From Blastocystis sp. Blastoise (taxonomy: Eukaryota > Protista > Bigyra: Opalinata): 64,000 bases of DNA. The translations under genes and the position numbers were made by a program. The DNA lies in the NCBI GenBank assembly GCA_039096225.1, contig JBBPEB010000029.1, positions 496,001 to 560,000 on the forward strand. The letters run 5' to 3'. Under the pieces are notes generated by a model that did no database searches, had not been told where the DNA came from, and saw nothing but the letters and a program-made list of their open reading frames with translations. This document shows, in pieces, positions 1-14,273 of this stretch (position 1 is its first letter; each line of letters begins with the position of its first letter).

Positions 1-383
1 GTAAACTATATATATATAGAATTATTAATTATATTATATTTACTTATTATTCTCTAAATAGTTGTATATATATATATATATATATACGTTCCATTTTGAT
101 CTTCCATTCGTTGTTCGATGACGCGTATCTTACGTATAGATTCGTCACTAAATACACGCTTTTCTGAAAGACGGGCACTATATATAATATATATATATAT
201 TAATAATTATATTATTCTTTATAATAGATATATAAATAATTTATATTTAAATAGAAGATGAATAGAATTATATATATATATATATATGTACTCAATAGTG
301 GAAGTAGGTAAATGTTGAATATATCTTTCTTCTGGAGATCTTAATAGAGACATCGACTTGCGGATAGATTGAAGATCAGTTCC

Positions 384-414
<31 letters not shown>

Positions 415-566
415 ATGTAATATAAGAAGAATCAAAAGAATAATTATATTATTTATCATTTTCTCGACTCTAGTTTTTTAAATATACACATAAGAAACAT
501 TAAAACAAAACATAAGAATTATATTATTAAAATGAACATAAATATAGAAAACTATAATAATTAAAA

Positions 567-598
<32 letters not shown>

Positions 599-2331
599 CC
601 AGGTGTATTATTATTTGAAAGAGAAAGACGTGGAGGTGTTGTAATATCTTTTTTCGGTGTATTCCCGCGGGAATGAGGTGAGTCTATAGGAGCGGGAGAA
701 GCGGAAGGAGTTGTATGAGGAGATGGTGGTGGCGGGATGAATAAGGGGGATTGGAGGGAAATAGTTGGAGTAATAGGATTCAGAGTGGGAGATACATCAG
801 GAGAAACAAGAAGATCTGTGTTTTCTGTGGAAACCGTGGAAACCGTGGAAGCTTGTTGATGATTTGTAAGAATAGTTGAACTAGTTTTTTCTGTATTATT
901 ATTATTCTTATTATTATCATTCTCTATATTATGATTATTATTATTAATATTATTATCATGATTATTATTAATAGCTTTATTCTTAGTATTATTATGATTT
1001 GTAGTAATAGTATTTATAATTTTATATGCGTTTTGAATCGATATTTGAGAAGGATGAGACAGAGAAGTATCCAATATATATAATATAGAGAGAATATAAG
1101 GTAAATGATGAATAGATAATGAAGGAGAAAGAAGACGAGTTAATTTACTTTCTCTATAAGATATTACTGTCTATATATATAGAATTATTTCTAAAGTAAT
1201 TCAATTATATAAATAATGATATATATATATATATATATACTTGTTTTCTTTTTAATTCGTCAAAAACTTTACTTAACGTAAATATAGATCTATATATATA
1301 TATATATATAATAGTAATTATATACTTATTCGTTTTTTGAGATTCTGGAACTATATATATATATATATATTAATAATAGTAAATATATACTTGATATATA
1401 TTTAATAGAATTTGTATCAATATAATTCATAACTAAATAGTATAACGTTGCAGGCATAGAATTTAAATGATCTTTTTCATATAACTATAAAATAATAATA
1501 TAATAATAAATATAATAAATAGAATAAATAGAATAATAATAATAAATATAATAATAATATAATAAATATAATATTTAGAATAAATATAAAATATAAAATA
1601 ATAAAAAATAAAATAATAATAAATAAAATAATAATAAATAGAATATATATATATAAATGTATAGCATAAATATAATGAGAGGCATCACATTTGCAATCCA
1701 TATCTCTGTTATACTTTATATTATTTGTAAATATAATCTCCTTTAGTTCTTCGATATCATCTATACTTGTAATCTCTTTCTATATATATAATAATAATAA
1801 ACATTTTGTTCTTAAATACTTAATGAAATCTTCTAACACTATTTTAACAAATAAAAAAATAAAACACAATGAACTATATACTTCTTTTGCTCCTTGATAG
1901 CTGCATCCATTTTCATTGATAAGTAAACTTATTTCACGATTTGGAGGTTCAATTAAACAAAATAACTTTTCATTATAAAGTTTTAATGCATTCATTTTCA
2001 TAATCAAGCCCTTTTCACTCACAACTGGGAAAAGCATTTTTAACATTTCCGTTAAATACTTTATTGTAGCCTCCATGTTTGTAGAAGTGTTCGAAACATT
2101 ACTAAACTGACTATTAAATGTAAAAATAACCGCTGATTTGTCTTTTTGAAGCGAGGGAAATAAATCTACCATTTCCTTCTCATTAATAATTCGTAAAGAC
2201 TCATTCTGATAGATGCAATCAAACTTATAAGACTGACGAACATCTTTTTTATCCTTGATCGAAATTGTATCTGTATCCGATACAGTTACTGTCTTAGAAT
2301 CTTTTTGTTGAAAATTAACAATAGATCTCAT
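1..2331 (-). CDS. Degenerate kinesin-motor-like protein, multi-exon, 3' end runs off the left edge
   Basis: Spliced translation gives kinesin-like elements YKFDCIY, KLYNEKLFCLI, NKSIFTLSKVF and SYRESKLTRLL, then an Asn- and Pro-rich tail. P-loop and switch motifs are not intact. Confidence 0.7.
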
Positions 2332-2683
2332 GAAGAGTTTCTGAATCACTCAATAATTAAAACAAAAATATTTGTTTTTTTCTTTCCCAAAAGAAGAAAG
2401 CCCAGTGGAAAAAACAAAAAAATCTCTTATTTTTTAAAAAGAATCACAATTCCAAAATAAAGACAGATTCTTTTTTATATTGTTTTTAAATGGTACGAAA
2501 CAACAATTATGTATTGAATAGCATATTTAACAAGAGAAAATAGGAATAACTTGTATTAAAAAAAAGGAAAATAGAAAAATGAGGAAAACTAAATTTTCAG
2601 TGACTAAAAGAATGAAATTATTTAATATCTTGTATGAAGAGCCTATAGAAGATAGATAGATTAGATAGATGAAATAATTATTT

Positions 2684-3927
2684 TTAATAGAAATCTAATA
2701 GTAAACATACCATATAGATAAATGTCAATGGAATTGCAAAGAGGACTATTGATATGATAGCAGTAGATAAAGAAGCAACAAAAATTGTTTTTAAATATTG
2801 TTTTATAGTCTGTCTTGATGAATTTAAGATATATGGAGAATAACTATTGGAATTCATAACTTTTGAACCTTAAAAGTAATAATATGATAATAATTATTTA
2901 TAAAATATATAATACATATAAATCTAAATATGAAGATATTATAATAACTATAATATATACATATAAATATATACTTTCAGGATAGCCAACAGAATATAAA
3001 ACTTGAGACATACATAATTGATCCAAAGAATCGCGGTTATTTTCATTAAAAATAAAATCTTTTAATATTAATATACTACAATCCATTTTAAATTGAGGAT
3101 CAGAAAATACAATTGGTGATTCAACTATATATATATATATATATAATTAAAATTATATAAAATATAATCTATAAATGTAAAAAAATATATAAAGTTTAAA
3201 ATTAATTTATAAAAAATATATATATAATAAAGTTTAATATTAATTTATTGAATATATATATATATATATAATAAAGTTTTAAAATAAATTTATAGAAACA
3301 AAAAAAAATATATATATATAATACAAAGAGATGATATTCCATAAGAAGAGGGTATTTGAATGGAATATTTAAATGGACTTTTAATCTTATTATATAAGCC
3401 AGAAGGATTCTTTGATTTATATATAGCACCTTTACCTGTCATAAATAATATCGACATATTTGTTTTAGGTGGAATCAAATATTCACGGGGAAGTGAGTAT
3501 TTTGGAAATTGTTCAAAAAATCTTAGTAACTATATAATAAAAGAAATCTATTTCAATATATATCAATATATATATAATAAAAACAAATATATATACTATA
3601 CAAAATCTTATTATAACTATCAACTATATACCTTTGACATTTTAATAGAAAATATATATTTTTCTTCTTCTTTATTTTCTTCTTCAAGAATATAATACTT
3701 GATTCGATCTTTTAAGGAGGATGGAGACAGTTCAGAGAAGAGAATAGACATACGACTATTAATAGAAATAGAGAGATTATAAAGTATAATATATATAGAG
3801 AAGATAGATATAGGATAATTATAGAATATAAGAAAAATAGGATAATATATAGGATAAGTATAGAATATAAGAAATATATTATAATATATATATATATATT
3901 GATAATTATGAAAACGAATAAGAATAG

Positions 3928-3977
<50 letters not shown>

Positions 3978-4361
3978 TAAGATATTAATATCACAAGTTA
4001 GATCCATTGTCCCTCGAAACACAAAGTGTTGTAGATCAATAACTTGCAATAGTGTTGATAAATCACGTGAATTGCACGTGAGTACTTCTGAAATAACTTC
4101 AGGAATAAAACGTCTTGTGTTTACATTCTATATATATATATATAATTATTTACTTAATAAAATATAGTTTATCTTTATATATAAATATAAATACACCTAA
4201 CATATAAGTTAATAAATGACTAAAATCTGTTTTTGTAATTCCCATTCCTTTTGGCGGTATATTACTGACAATTGAACACATTTTACCGCGTAATGAGTCC
4301 ATCAAATGTTCCATCTTAATATATATATATATATACTTAATATAAAAAATTTATTAGTATT

Positions 4362-4400
<39 letters not shown>

Positions 4401-5163
4401 AGTAGTAATAATAATATGTATATATATACTGTTTCTGTTGGTTGACCTTGAAGTTTATGTGAACAAATAGGAAATTGATTACAATTCTCAATATATGACA
4501 TTCCCGCCTCATTTACCGCGGTAGACTATAGAGGGAAATAGAAGTAGAGTCATAATTATTAGTAGAATAATAATAATAATTATTATTATTATTATATTAA
4601 AACTGTTAAGCAAGAATTTATATATATATATATATATACAAGAACGGTTGCATAAGAGGAATCCGAAGAAGCATTGATATCTAAGGCATTATCATAAATA
4701 ATACCACGAATCTATATTATAGAATATATATACATATATAGAAATAAAAACAATATATATATTATAATAAAATACTAATATTAATAATAATAATAAATAT
4801 ATATATACCTTTGTATTTGTATGTAAAAAAGGTTCTAATTGTAAAATATGTGTAATAATTAATGTTCCACCACTATATATATATTAATGAATTTTATATA
4901 TATATATAATATTCTATATATATATATAATATACTGATAACTATATAAATATATATCTTCATTATTTAACAAATAATGAACTATATAGAAATAATCGAAT
5001 GCCATATAAACAGTATTATATAAAGAAACATGATTATTTTCAATATCTTTAGTTGAATCCGATGAATTCCCGTGGGAATTACCAGTATTAATGAGTTCTT
5101 GTATACATAATTGTAATTCTTCGTCTGTTACTAAACAGGACGCTGGAGACCCTGTAGTAAACA

Positions 5164-5201
<38 letters not shown>

Positions 5202-6306
5202 GAGTAATAATAGAATACTATATAACAATAATTATGGAAATATATATACTTGTGTTAAAGGACAATCAAGTCGTGTGCTTCTTCCTGTTCCTCGTGGATC
5301 AATAATATATATATCTAATAGATTTAGAGGAGACGTAGTATTATAATCATTATTATTAGTAGCATTATTATTATTATGTTTATTATTATTATTATTATTA
5401 ATATTAGTATTAATATTAGTATTAAAAATAGTAGAATGAATATCCTTATGGTCCTTTAAATCATTATTCATATTATTATTATTATTATTATTCATATTAT
5501 TATTATTATTAGTAAGTAGACTTTCAAGAAGAACTGCTAATTGATCTAATAAAGAAGGATCAGGCATAAGAACTATATATAGATATATAATAAACTATAA
5601 ATATTTAATAAGAATGTAATTAAATAATAATTTATAATATATAACATGTTATAAATGAACTAAACATATATGCATAAAATAATACACTTTCATACCAAAT
5701 AAATAATAATATCTCAATATATATATACTATCATTAAATAAAACAAGTATTTTATTACTATTTTTTGTTTTATTTTTTTGTCGAAAACGTTTTATTCCTA
5801 TTTCTATTGATGAATCATCTATTTCTGGAGGAATAACTTTCTAGAATAAGCATAATTTTAGTCATTAATTGTGAATGTAATATAAAGAATTAGTATTATT
5901 TATAAAGATATTTCATGATAAATCATATAAGAATGAAATAAATAAATACTGAAACTAAATTATATCGCTCAGGAACTGGAACTGAAATACATTCAGAATA
6001 AAAATTCAGTTTAATATCCTATATTTAAAAAATTAATTCATATAGGAGATTTTTGAGAGTTTTAATATCAATACTTACATTGATAATTTGTATAGACATC
6101 TGATGGGTTAACATATTTTCGAATCCTGTCGCATAATCTGGGTCTATGTCATACAATATATCACACGTTGTCCTATATATGCATTTAGTTATATTAAGCA
6201 ATAAAATATAAATAAAAACTCGTTACCAATCATTGATTGCAGAGGTAAACCATATATTTTTAAGAAGGCATACTATCCACAGTATTATATGAGCTCTTAA
6301 ATACAT
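2684..6306 (-). CDS. Peptidase S33/TAP-like alpha/beta-hydrolase-fold protein with signal peptide and C-terminal TM anchor, multi-exon
   Basis: ATG at 6306 gives MYLRAHIILWIVCLL (signal-like). IDPRGTGRSTRLDCP is a typical family motif. The C-terminus IFVASLSAIISIVLFAIPLTFIYMVCLLL is hydrophobic. GT-AG introns keep frame. Confidence 0.65.
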
Positions 6307-6668
6307 AACAACTATAATAATAGGAAATAATGAGAATAAAAGTGTATGATTTTAGCGAAATATGATTTCAGAATGAACTAAATCACTTTCGATAATATAG
6401 ATACTTCCGTTGTATACTCAATATGATGTTTTAATAAGATATAATAATTAAGATAGTGAAGGTAGGACTTAAAAAAGTATAAATGAAATAATCACGAATT
6501 CTATAAAGAAACAACGTTGTTTTTTTATTTCTCTAACGAATATCTTGAAAATTGTGTTTCAAAGAGAATTGCCAAAAAAAGTTCAAATAGTCATTAGTAT
6601 AGTCACAAATTACTATCCAATACTAACGTAAACATAGCCTACTTTATGTATATCATTAATAAATATAG

Positions 6669-7618
6669 ATGAATGAAAAAGTTCCGACATTAGATTTGAA
6701 ATTATCTGATCTGAATATTCAGTCAATTAAGACGCTTCCTATACATGAGTTAGTTCGATTACAAAAATTAATTCAGAATGAGATTTCAACTCGTTTGAAT
6801 TCAACTACGATTGAAAGTCCTATTCCAGGTATTTCTTATCATTTATATACTAATAATTATGTTTATGATTATTTTATGATGTAATATCTCTTTCTAAATT
6901 TCAGAAGAAGAAGTTGTAGACACTCCAAAAGCTGAAAAAGTTGAAGATAACGTTTATAAGCAAATTATTCCCAATACATTGATTCTCACAAGTAAAATAA
7001 AGGCTACAGCAACAAGGTTCATCAAGATGTGTGACAATTGGCCTGTTGATTCATGGATTCAATATGCTCATAAGTATATTATTATTCTATTTTGATCAAA
7101 GGAAATGAGAATAATTATGTTTTTCTTATTTTCTACCATTTCTCATATATTCTATTTTCTTGTTCTCATTATATAATATATATATATAGAGATATTATAT
7201 GGGATAATAATATATGTAAATGGAATATAAGCATGAATGGAATTCATTTTGGTACTTGTAGTGCTGATGGAACTGCTAAATTATGGAATTATTCCACAGA
7301 AAACCATGAAATTGAACATATATGTACTTATACTGGTCATACTGGTATATATTATTATTATTTTATTTATATGTTTATTACTTTTATTTATGTTTATTAC
7401 TTTTGTTCTTATTTAATTTATATTTATTATTTGTTTTATATTTATTGTTTATTTCATAGGAAGTGTAAATTCGATAGAATTCCATCCCTCACAATTATTA
7501 ACGGCAACAGCCTCAGGAGATGGAACGTATTTATATTATTATATATATATATATAATATATATATATAGTGTTCAAATATGGAAACCTTTATTTAAAGAA
7601 CCAAGTACAACAAGGTAT

Positions 7619-7685
<67 letters not shown>

Positions 7686-9063
7686 ATATAGTGACACTCA
7701 CAACAATAGTCTTTTCTTTTCTTCTTCGAAATCGCGACGTTTATCAGATGATCCCGCGTTAGTGGTCAACGAAGCACTCGTCACTCTTCCATCTACCAAT
7801 AGTATATTTTAGATCATGTTATTTCAATATATATATATATATTTTCATATTATATTTTTAATTTTTTTTTATATATTAATTTTTCATTTTTTATTAATAT
7901 AGACTATAGATATATATATATATAGCTGTATGTACATATGCAGTTTGGAATTCCACAGGAAATCGACTTGTTACTGCCTCTCAAGAAATTATAAAAGTAT
8001 ATTTTATTATAATTAAATTAATTAATATTATATTATAGTTATGGGATTTATCTCGTTGTGAAGCTCCCCTCCAAATTTTAACCGGGCATGATAAGACTAT
8101 TAATCATATAGCTGTTCATCCTACTCATCCTTCTCTATTTATTACATGTATATATCTAGTGTAATTATATAATAGTAGCTTTTATGATTATGATTATATT
8201 TATATTACTCCAATTTGAAATATATTCATATTTCTTTTCTTTTATTCATTGTTGAAAACTATTTTATAGTATATATATTATATAGTATATATATAATCTA
8301 TATAGCATCTAATGATGGAACAATACGGTTATGGGACATGAGATCCGCTACATTTATTGTATATATATATATATATATATAATTATATATTATATACAAT
8401 ATATAACATTATTCTATAGGTTAATGTATTCCATGGTCATCAAAAACTAGTTTCTTCTTCATATTTTCTTCCTTCTAAAAATGCAATTGTTTCTGGTTCT
8501 GATGATTGTTCTCTTAAAGTATACTATACATATATATATAATTATATATAATAATAATTATTATAAAATAATGTAGAATTCATTTAAATAAAAGAATTAC
8601 TTTTTTTTTATTATTTATCTATTCTCCTTTAATATATATCTTTATAGATATGGGATTTATGTTCATTTCAAAATAGTAAAACTATATATACTTCCTATAA
8701 CACAAATCGTTTCTCAGTTTCTCCTTCTGAAAATAGTTTTTGTGTTCCTTCTAATAAAGGAACTGCTGCGTATATATATATATATATAACTAATAGTATT
8801 ATATATATATAACTAATAGTATTATATATATCTTACCAAAAATAAATATTATTAAATCAAATAAATTAACAACATGTAATGAATATAATTACTATTATTC
8901 CTCTATAAATAGTGTATATAATATGATGGGTGAAACAATAGGATTATTATCCACAGATGTATATAATCAACGTAAAATGATACTTAAATGTAATTGGTCA
9001 AATGATCTGATTTTCACATGTGGTATCGATAGAAGCATTGCTATTTGGAAACAACCCTCTTAA
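6669..9063 (+). CDS. WDR37: WD40-repeat protein, WDR37-like
   Basis: Spliced motifs [42 protein letters not shown] and GHQKLVSS...SGSDDCSLKIWDL, with a helical N-terminus. TAA at 9061-9063. Confidence 0.75.
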
Positions 9064-9437
9064 TATTATTTTATATCTTGTCATCTAGTCTTTATACTAT
9101 TATTCTATTTGTTGCTTATTTTCAATAAATTATAGTGTTAGTCATTTCAAATATTTATATTTTGTTTTTTATTTACTAATTATTATCATTTTATTTCAAT
9201 AAAAAAGACAAAAACAAAGCAATAAAGTTACATAGGTGCTACAATAAAAATACTAATTCTATTATTATGGGTTTAAAAAAAAGTAAAGCTAGAATACAAG
9301 ATATTTATAAAATTAAAATATATATATATATATGTACTATAATAACTATTCTAGTGAGTAATATGACTAATAATATTATATAAAGAAATCATAAATATAA
9401 TTCTTTTAATATAAAATAATAATACTCATAAAACTAT

Positions 9438-10583
9438 TTAGCAAGCTTGAGTATAATTGAAAGGGAAAAGACCTTCAGCACCATTAAGTCTACCAGTCCA
9501 CCAACCAGAAGGATCTTTACTAAGTACTTCAATACGATCACCTTCTCTAAAAGAAAGTTCTCCAGCATCTTCACTATCATGATCATATAAGCATACAACA
9601 TATTCAGCACCAGGAGCAGCAGGACGAGAAGGAGGAGGAGGAGGTACGCTACGATATTCTACAGGAGCATTCACAGCAGTAGGAGCAGGAACATTAGTAT
9701 CAATGAATTCTTCATAAACAGGCGCAGCCATAGGTTCAAATTCTGGTAATTCTAATATAGGAGCTACATAAGAAGTTTCAACAATTTCACCATCACGAAT
9801 CTTATTAAGAACATTAACAAAATCGTTAGTAACTTCACCAAAATCACCACCAGGGAATTGGTTAGCAATGCTATTTAAGCCATCATAGAAACTCTTAGTA
9901 ATAAAGAGTTGAGCAGCTAATAAAGTAACAGTTTCATTCTTAAGAATAGTGAAACCTTGAGCATTTAATACTCCAAAACGATAAAGAAGATAATCAGTAA
10001 AGTTCTTTAATTGTTGTTCATCATGTTCTAACTTACGACGGAATTTATCAGCTTTACCGGTATCTCCTTTCTTATCAAGTTGAACAACTTTTTCTTTATG
10101 AGCATCATGATCAATAACAATATTCTTACGTTGTTTAATAAGAGGCTTTAAAGGAGCAAATTCTTCTTTTAACATTTTATCAATACGAAGAGAAATACGA
10201 GATCTAATTACAGTAGCAACAGCTCTACGAACTTCATCATATTGTCTTTGAGCAACATCAGCAAGAGCAATAGAAGCATCATGGAAAGAGGCTTGATCAA
10301 AATCATCTTGAAGAGCAGTAGTATCAAACTTCTTGATTTCATCAGCAGTTTTTCTGTTGACATCAGCCCAAGCTTCAATAGTATTAATAAGAACATTACT
10401 TTGTTTAGCAAATGTTTCTAAGTTCTTTTCAAGTTCATTGAATTGAGCATGAGCAGTTTCAAATTCAGCATCGCTACTACCTTCAGTTTGTTTAGCAACA
10501 ACCTTAACTTGTTGTAAAATACGACGCTTTTGAGTCTTGACAATCTTCATGAAATTGTCCATAGTATTCTTAGCATTAGACAT
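9438..10583 (-). CDS. Intronless BAR-domain + SH3 protein (amphiphysin/Rvs167/endophilin-like)
   Basis: 381-aa ORF with a helical BAR region (KQRKNIVIDHDAH), a Pro-rich linker and an SH3 domain (CLYDH...ELSFREGDRIEVLSKDPSGWWTG...GLFPFNY). Confidence 0.9.
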   Translation of the reverse strand: MSNAKNTMDNFMKIVKTQKRRILQQVKVVAKQTEGSSDAEFETAHAQFNELEKNLETFAKQSNVLINTIEAWADVNRKTADEIKKFDTTALQDDFDQASFHDASIALADVAQRQYDEVRRAVATVIRSRISLRIDKMLKEEFAPLKPLIKQRKNIVIDHDAHKEKVVQLDKKGDTGKADKFRRKLEHDEQQLKNFTDYLLYRFGVLNAQGFTILKNETVTLLAAQLFITKSFYDGLNSIANQFPGGDFGEVTNDFVNVLNKIRDGEIVETSYVAPILELPEFEPMAAPVYEEFIDTNVPAPTAVNAPVEYRSVPPPPPSRPAAPGAEYVVCLYDHDSEDAGELSFREGDRIEVLSKDPSGWWTGRLNGAEGLFPFNYTQAC

Positions 10584-11028
10584 GGTTTAGAAAAGGATAC
10601 AAAGAAATAAAATATAAAAAAAGAATATGGATATTTTTGTTTTCTATGAATAGGTGACACTTTCAGTGAAAAAGATTTCGTTTTATAACCACTGACTTTT
10701 TCTGAATATTCACGGTTATATCTCTCTCTTTTTGTGTCTCGAAGGATTATCGTGATTTACGAAATATCCATATTTTTCCCAAGATGTTGACATGAAATCG
10801 CGGGATTTCTTATTTTATTTTCTCATATATTTTCTATGCTTAAATTGAAGATATATTTTGAACAGAGAAAGTCAGTTTTATATTTTATAAAGTCAGTTAA
10901 TTTTTGATAATTCTTTATCATTTTTAGAAAAATGAAACTGCATCCTTTTTTTCTATTTTCTGTTTCTGTTTATTTCTAAAAAAAGAAAATTAAAAAATAA
11001 TTTTTATATATTTTAATCAATATCTATT
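10584..11028. promoter_or_regulatory. Putative bidirectional promoter between the two BAR-SH3 genes
   Basis: 445-bp spacer between two divergent ATGs. No specific element identified. Confidence 0.5.
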
Positions 11029-12161
11029 ATGGATAAGCTGAAAAAGAAGTTACAAAGTGCTGTGAGTACTACTAAGAGAGATGTAGAGTATATGGTAAAG
11101 CATAAGAAATTAACTATTAATAAGACCGTTGAAGATCCTGAATGGGATGAACCTGCCGCTAACTTTTTGAAATTATATGAATCTGTCAATACAGTCGTAT
11201 GTTATACACATGTAAAACTGTCTATTTTTTTTATTTAGTATAATGATTGTAAAAAGTTCTTAGGTGTTTTAGGTGGTATGTTATGTGCTGTTTATTTTTA
11301 TTATATTTTATTTTTTTAATAACATAAATGAATTTTTATTTTTATAGAACTTGGTATGTGTATGACAACTGTTGGTGATGATTTTGTTGCTTTAACTAAT
11401 GATGTCGATCCTGATAACATTAAAAGGATTGCTTTTGCTTATCAAGATATTGTCCATAAAGTTCCACAAGAAATGTATCCTGAAGCTGTATGTTTTTTTT
11501 TTTTTTATTTGTTTAATTTATATTTATTTATTTATTATATTTGTTTAGATTTATTATGTTTATTTATTTATTATATTTATTTATTTATTATATTTATTTA
11601 TTTATTATATTTATTTATTTATTATATTTATTTATTTATTATATTTATTTATTAATATAGGAAGGAAGAATGATGAATGAGATTTTGGGTTCTATTGGTA
11701 ATAAATTAGCTGAAATGAAACCTATTATTGATCGTATGGAACTTCGTAGTTCTTTGAAAATGGATTATGATCATTATTTAGAAAAAGTTGAACATTTAAA
11801 GAATAAGAGTAATGTTGATCCTAATTATTCTATTAAGGTATATTTTTATTATTTATTTTATTCAATTATTTATATTTTTTTTTTATACTCTTTATAATAT
11901 ATTTATTTTTATAAATACTATTTATTCTATATAATATATATATATAGAATCAAACGAAATTACAAGAATCTCAAACGAAATTACAACAATGTACAGATGA
12001 ATTATTAGATAAGTTTTATGCTTATGAAGCTCAAAGACCTACATTTTTAGCTTATGAATTCCAAACATTACGTTCACTTCAAAAGAAATTCTTTACTTCT
12101 TTAGGACAAGCTATGAATGGATTCAAAATCACAGAACCCTCTCAACCTCCTCCAACCAATA

Positions 12162-12221
<60 letters not shown>

Positions 12222-12437
12222 ATTATTATGTTTATTATTAATATAGTTACCCCTCTTAGTGCTATTGCTCCTACTGCTCCTGGTGCTATTGAAACTGCTT
12301 CTGAGCCCGCCTATGGTGTTCCCGCGCAAGCTGCTTATGCTCAACCCGTACAACAAGCACCTGCCCGCCAAGCTGCTGTTGCCGCCAATCCTTTTGCTAA
12401 AGCTACTCCAGTTGATGTATATTTTATTATATATTAT

Positions 12438-12472
<35 letters not shown>

Positions 12473-12526
12473 TTGTTCCTGTAGCTGCTCCTGTTCGTGC
12501 TGCTCCTAAAGAAGTTATTGATCCTA

Positions 12527-12568
<42 letters not shown>

Positions 12569-12675
12569 ATTATTATTATAGGCTGTATATGCTGAGGCTC
12601 TCTATGATTTCCCTGGTACCGATACCGATGAACTTCCTCTTACTAGAGGCATGAAGTGTATATATATATTATTAC

Positions 12676-12721
<46 letters not shown>

Positions 12722-12889
12722 ATATATAATGATATTGAATATATTATATGTTAATAACTTATAATAAAAATAACTATTATATATATATATATAGTTAAAG
12801 TATTAAATCAACATGAATCCGGTTGGTGGACAGGTGAGAGTAAAGGAAAAACAGGAATGTTCCCTGCTAATTATGTGAAATTAGTATAA
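11029..12889 (+). CDS. BAR-domain + SH3 protein, 8 introns
   Basis: Spliced motifs KTVEDPEWD and RSSLKMDYDHY, an Ala/Pro linker with ANPF, and SH3 ALYDFPGTDTDELPL...SGWWTG...GMFPANYV. TAA at 12887-12889. Confidence 0.85.
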
Positions 12890-13419
12890 ATGAAAAGAAA
12901 TAGAAATTAATATATATATACGATATACAATAGTTATATTTATTTATATGATTTATTATATTTTATGTTTATTTCTAATTATATCTATATATATTTAAAT
13001 AGTTGTATTTATATAAATATATATAAGAAAAAGAGATTGTTTCTTCTTTGTGTATTCTAGGTATACTTTGTTATTTGTATATTATAATTCTTTATGTATA
13101 CATATCTCATTGTTTCTTATATATATAATTCTATAATTAATTGTTTATTATATTTTCTTCTATTCTTTATTGGTAATTTATAGTTTATTTTATGATAGTT
13201 AGTTCTTTTTTAATATATTCATTAATTGTTTTGTTTATATATTTTTATTCTATAAAGAATATATATTAAGAAACTATTAAGATATATAAATAAGAAGAAT
13301 ATACTATATTGATTTAACTAAACAAATTCTCCATAAATATCTTTAAAACAACATTATTTAAATCCTTCACAAGAAAGAATATATACTAATAATACATATA
13401 CAACAATAATAAATAATAT

Positions 13420-14232
13420 TTAATCCATTATTTTATAAATACGAATCGTTCCTGAAACAGCTTTATCTCGATTTGAATCCGTATTCACGTCAGGAAAAGC
13501 AAACATATTTTGAGTTGGGTGCCAACAAATTGATTAAATGATTAAGAAATATATATATAATCATAGAAATATTTTTAAATGATATAATATAATATATATT
13601 TTATTTTTAATTATATCAAATATAGATATAATCATAGAAATATTTTTTTAATAATAAAGTGTAATATATATTATATTTGTCTTTATATCAAATATAGATA
13701 TAATCATAGAAAAAAATGTATAAACTATTTATGTATATCTATATATATATATCTATATTTATATAAGGATATATCAACATAAGAACTTGTTCTGATATTC
13801 ATCACTTCTTCTCCTGTTTCTGTATTATATATAGTTACATAATTATCTTTATTACATGTTGCTAAATATTTGCCATTAAAATTATATCGTAAAGCTCGAA
13901 CAGAACGTCTATTTATAGAGAATACTTAATGTAGTATATATAATATATACATATATATAGATTGTAAAATTTATTATATATATAAATTCTTTAAATTTAG
14001 TAAATAATATTTTATATTTAATTTTTGAAATTTAATAATTTTAATATAATAATATATAATATATACTCTCCCTTTATAGTTTTAAAGCATATAAATTCAT
14101 CCAAATCCCAAAAATTAATAAATGAATCCGCTGAGCCAGTTATAAAGGTACTATATATATATATATAGTTTTATATTATAAATAAAAACTCATTATATTA
14201 TTATTATTATTATTATTATTAAGATTATTAAG

Positions 14233-14273
<41 letters not shown>

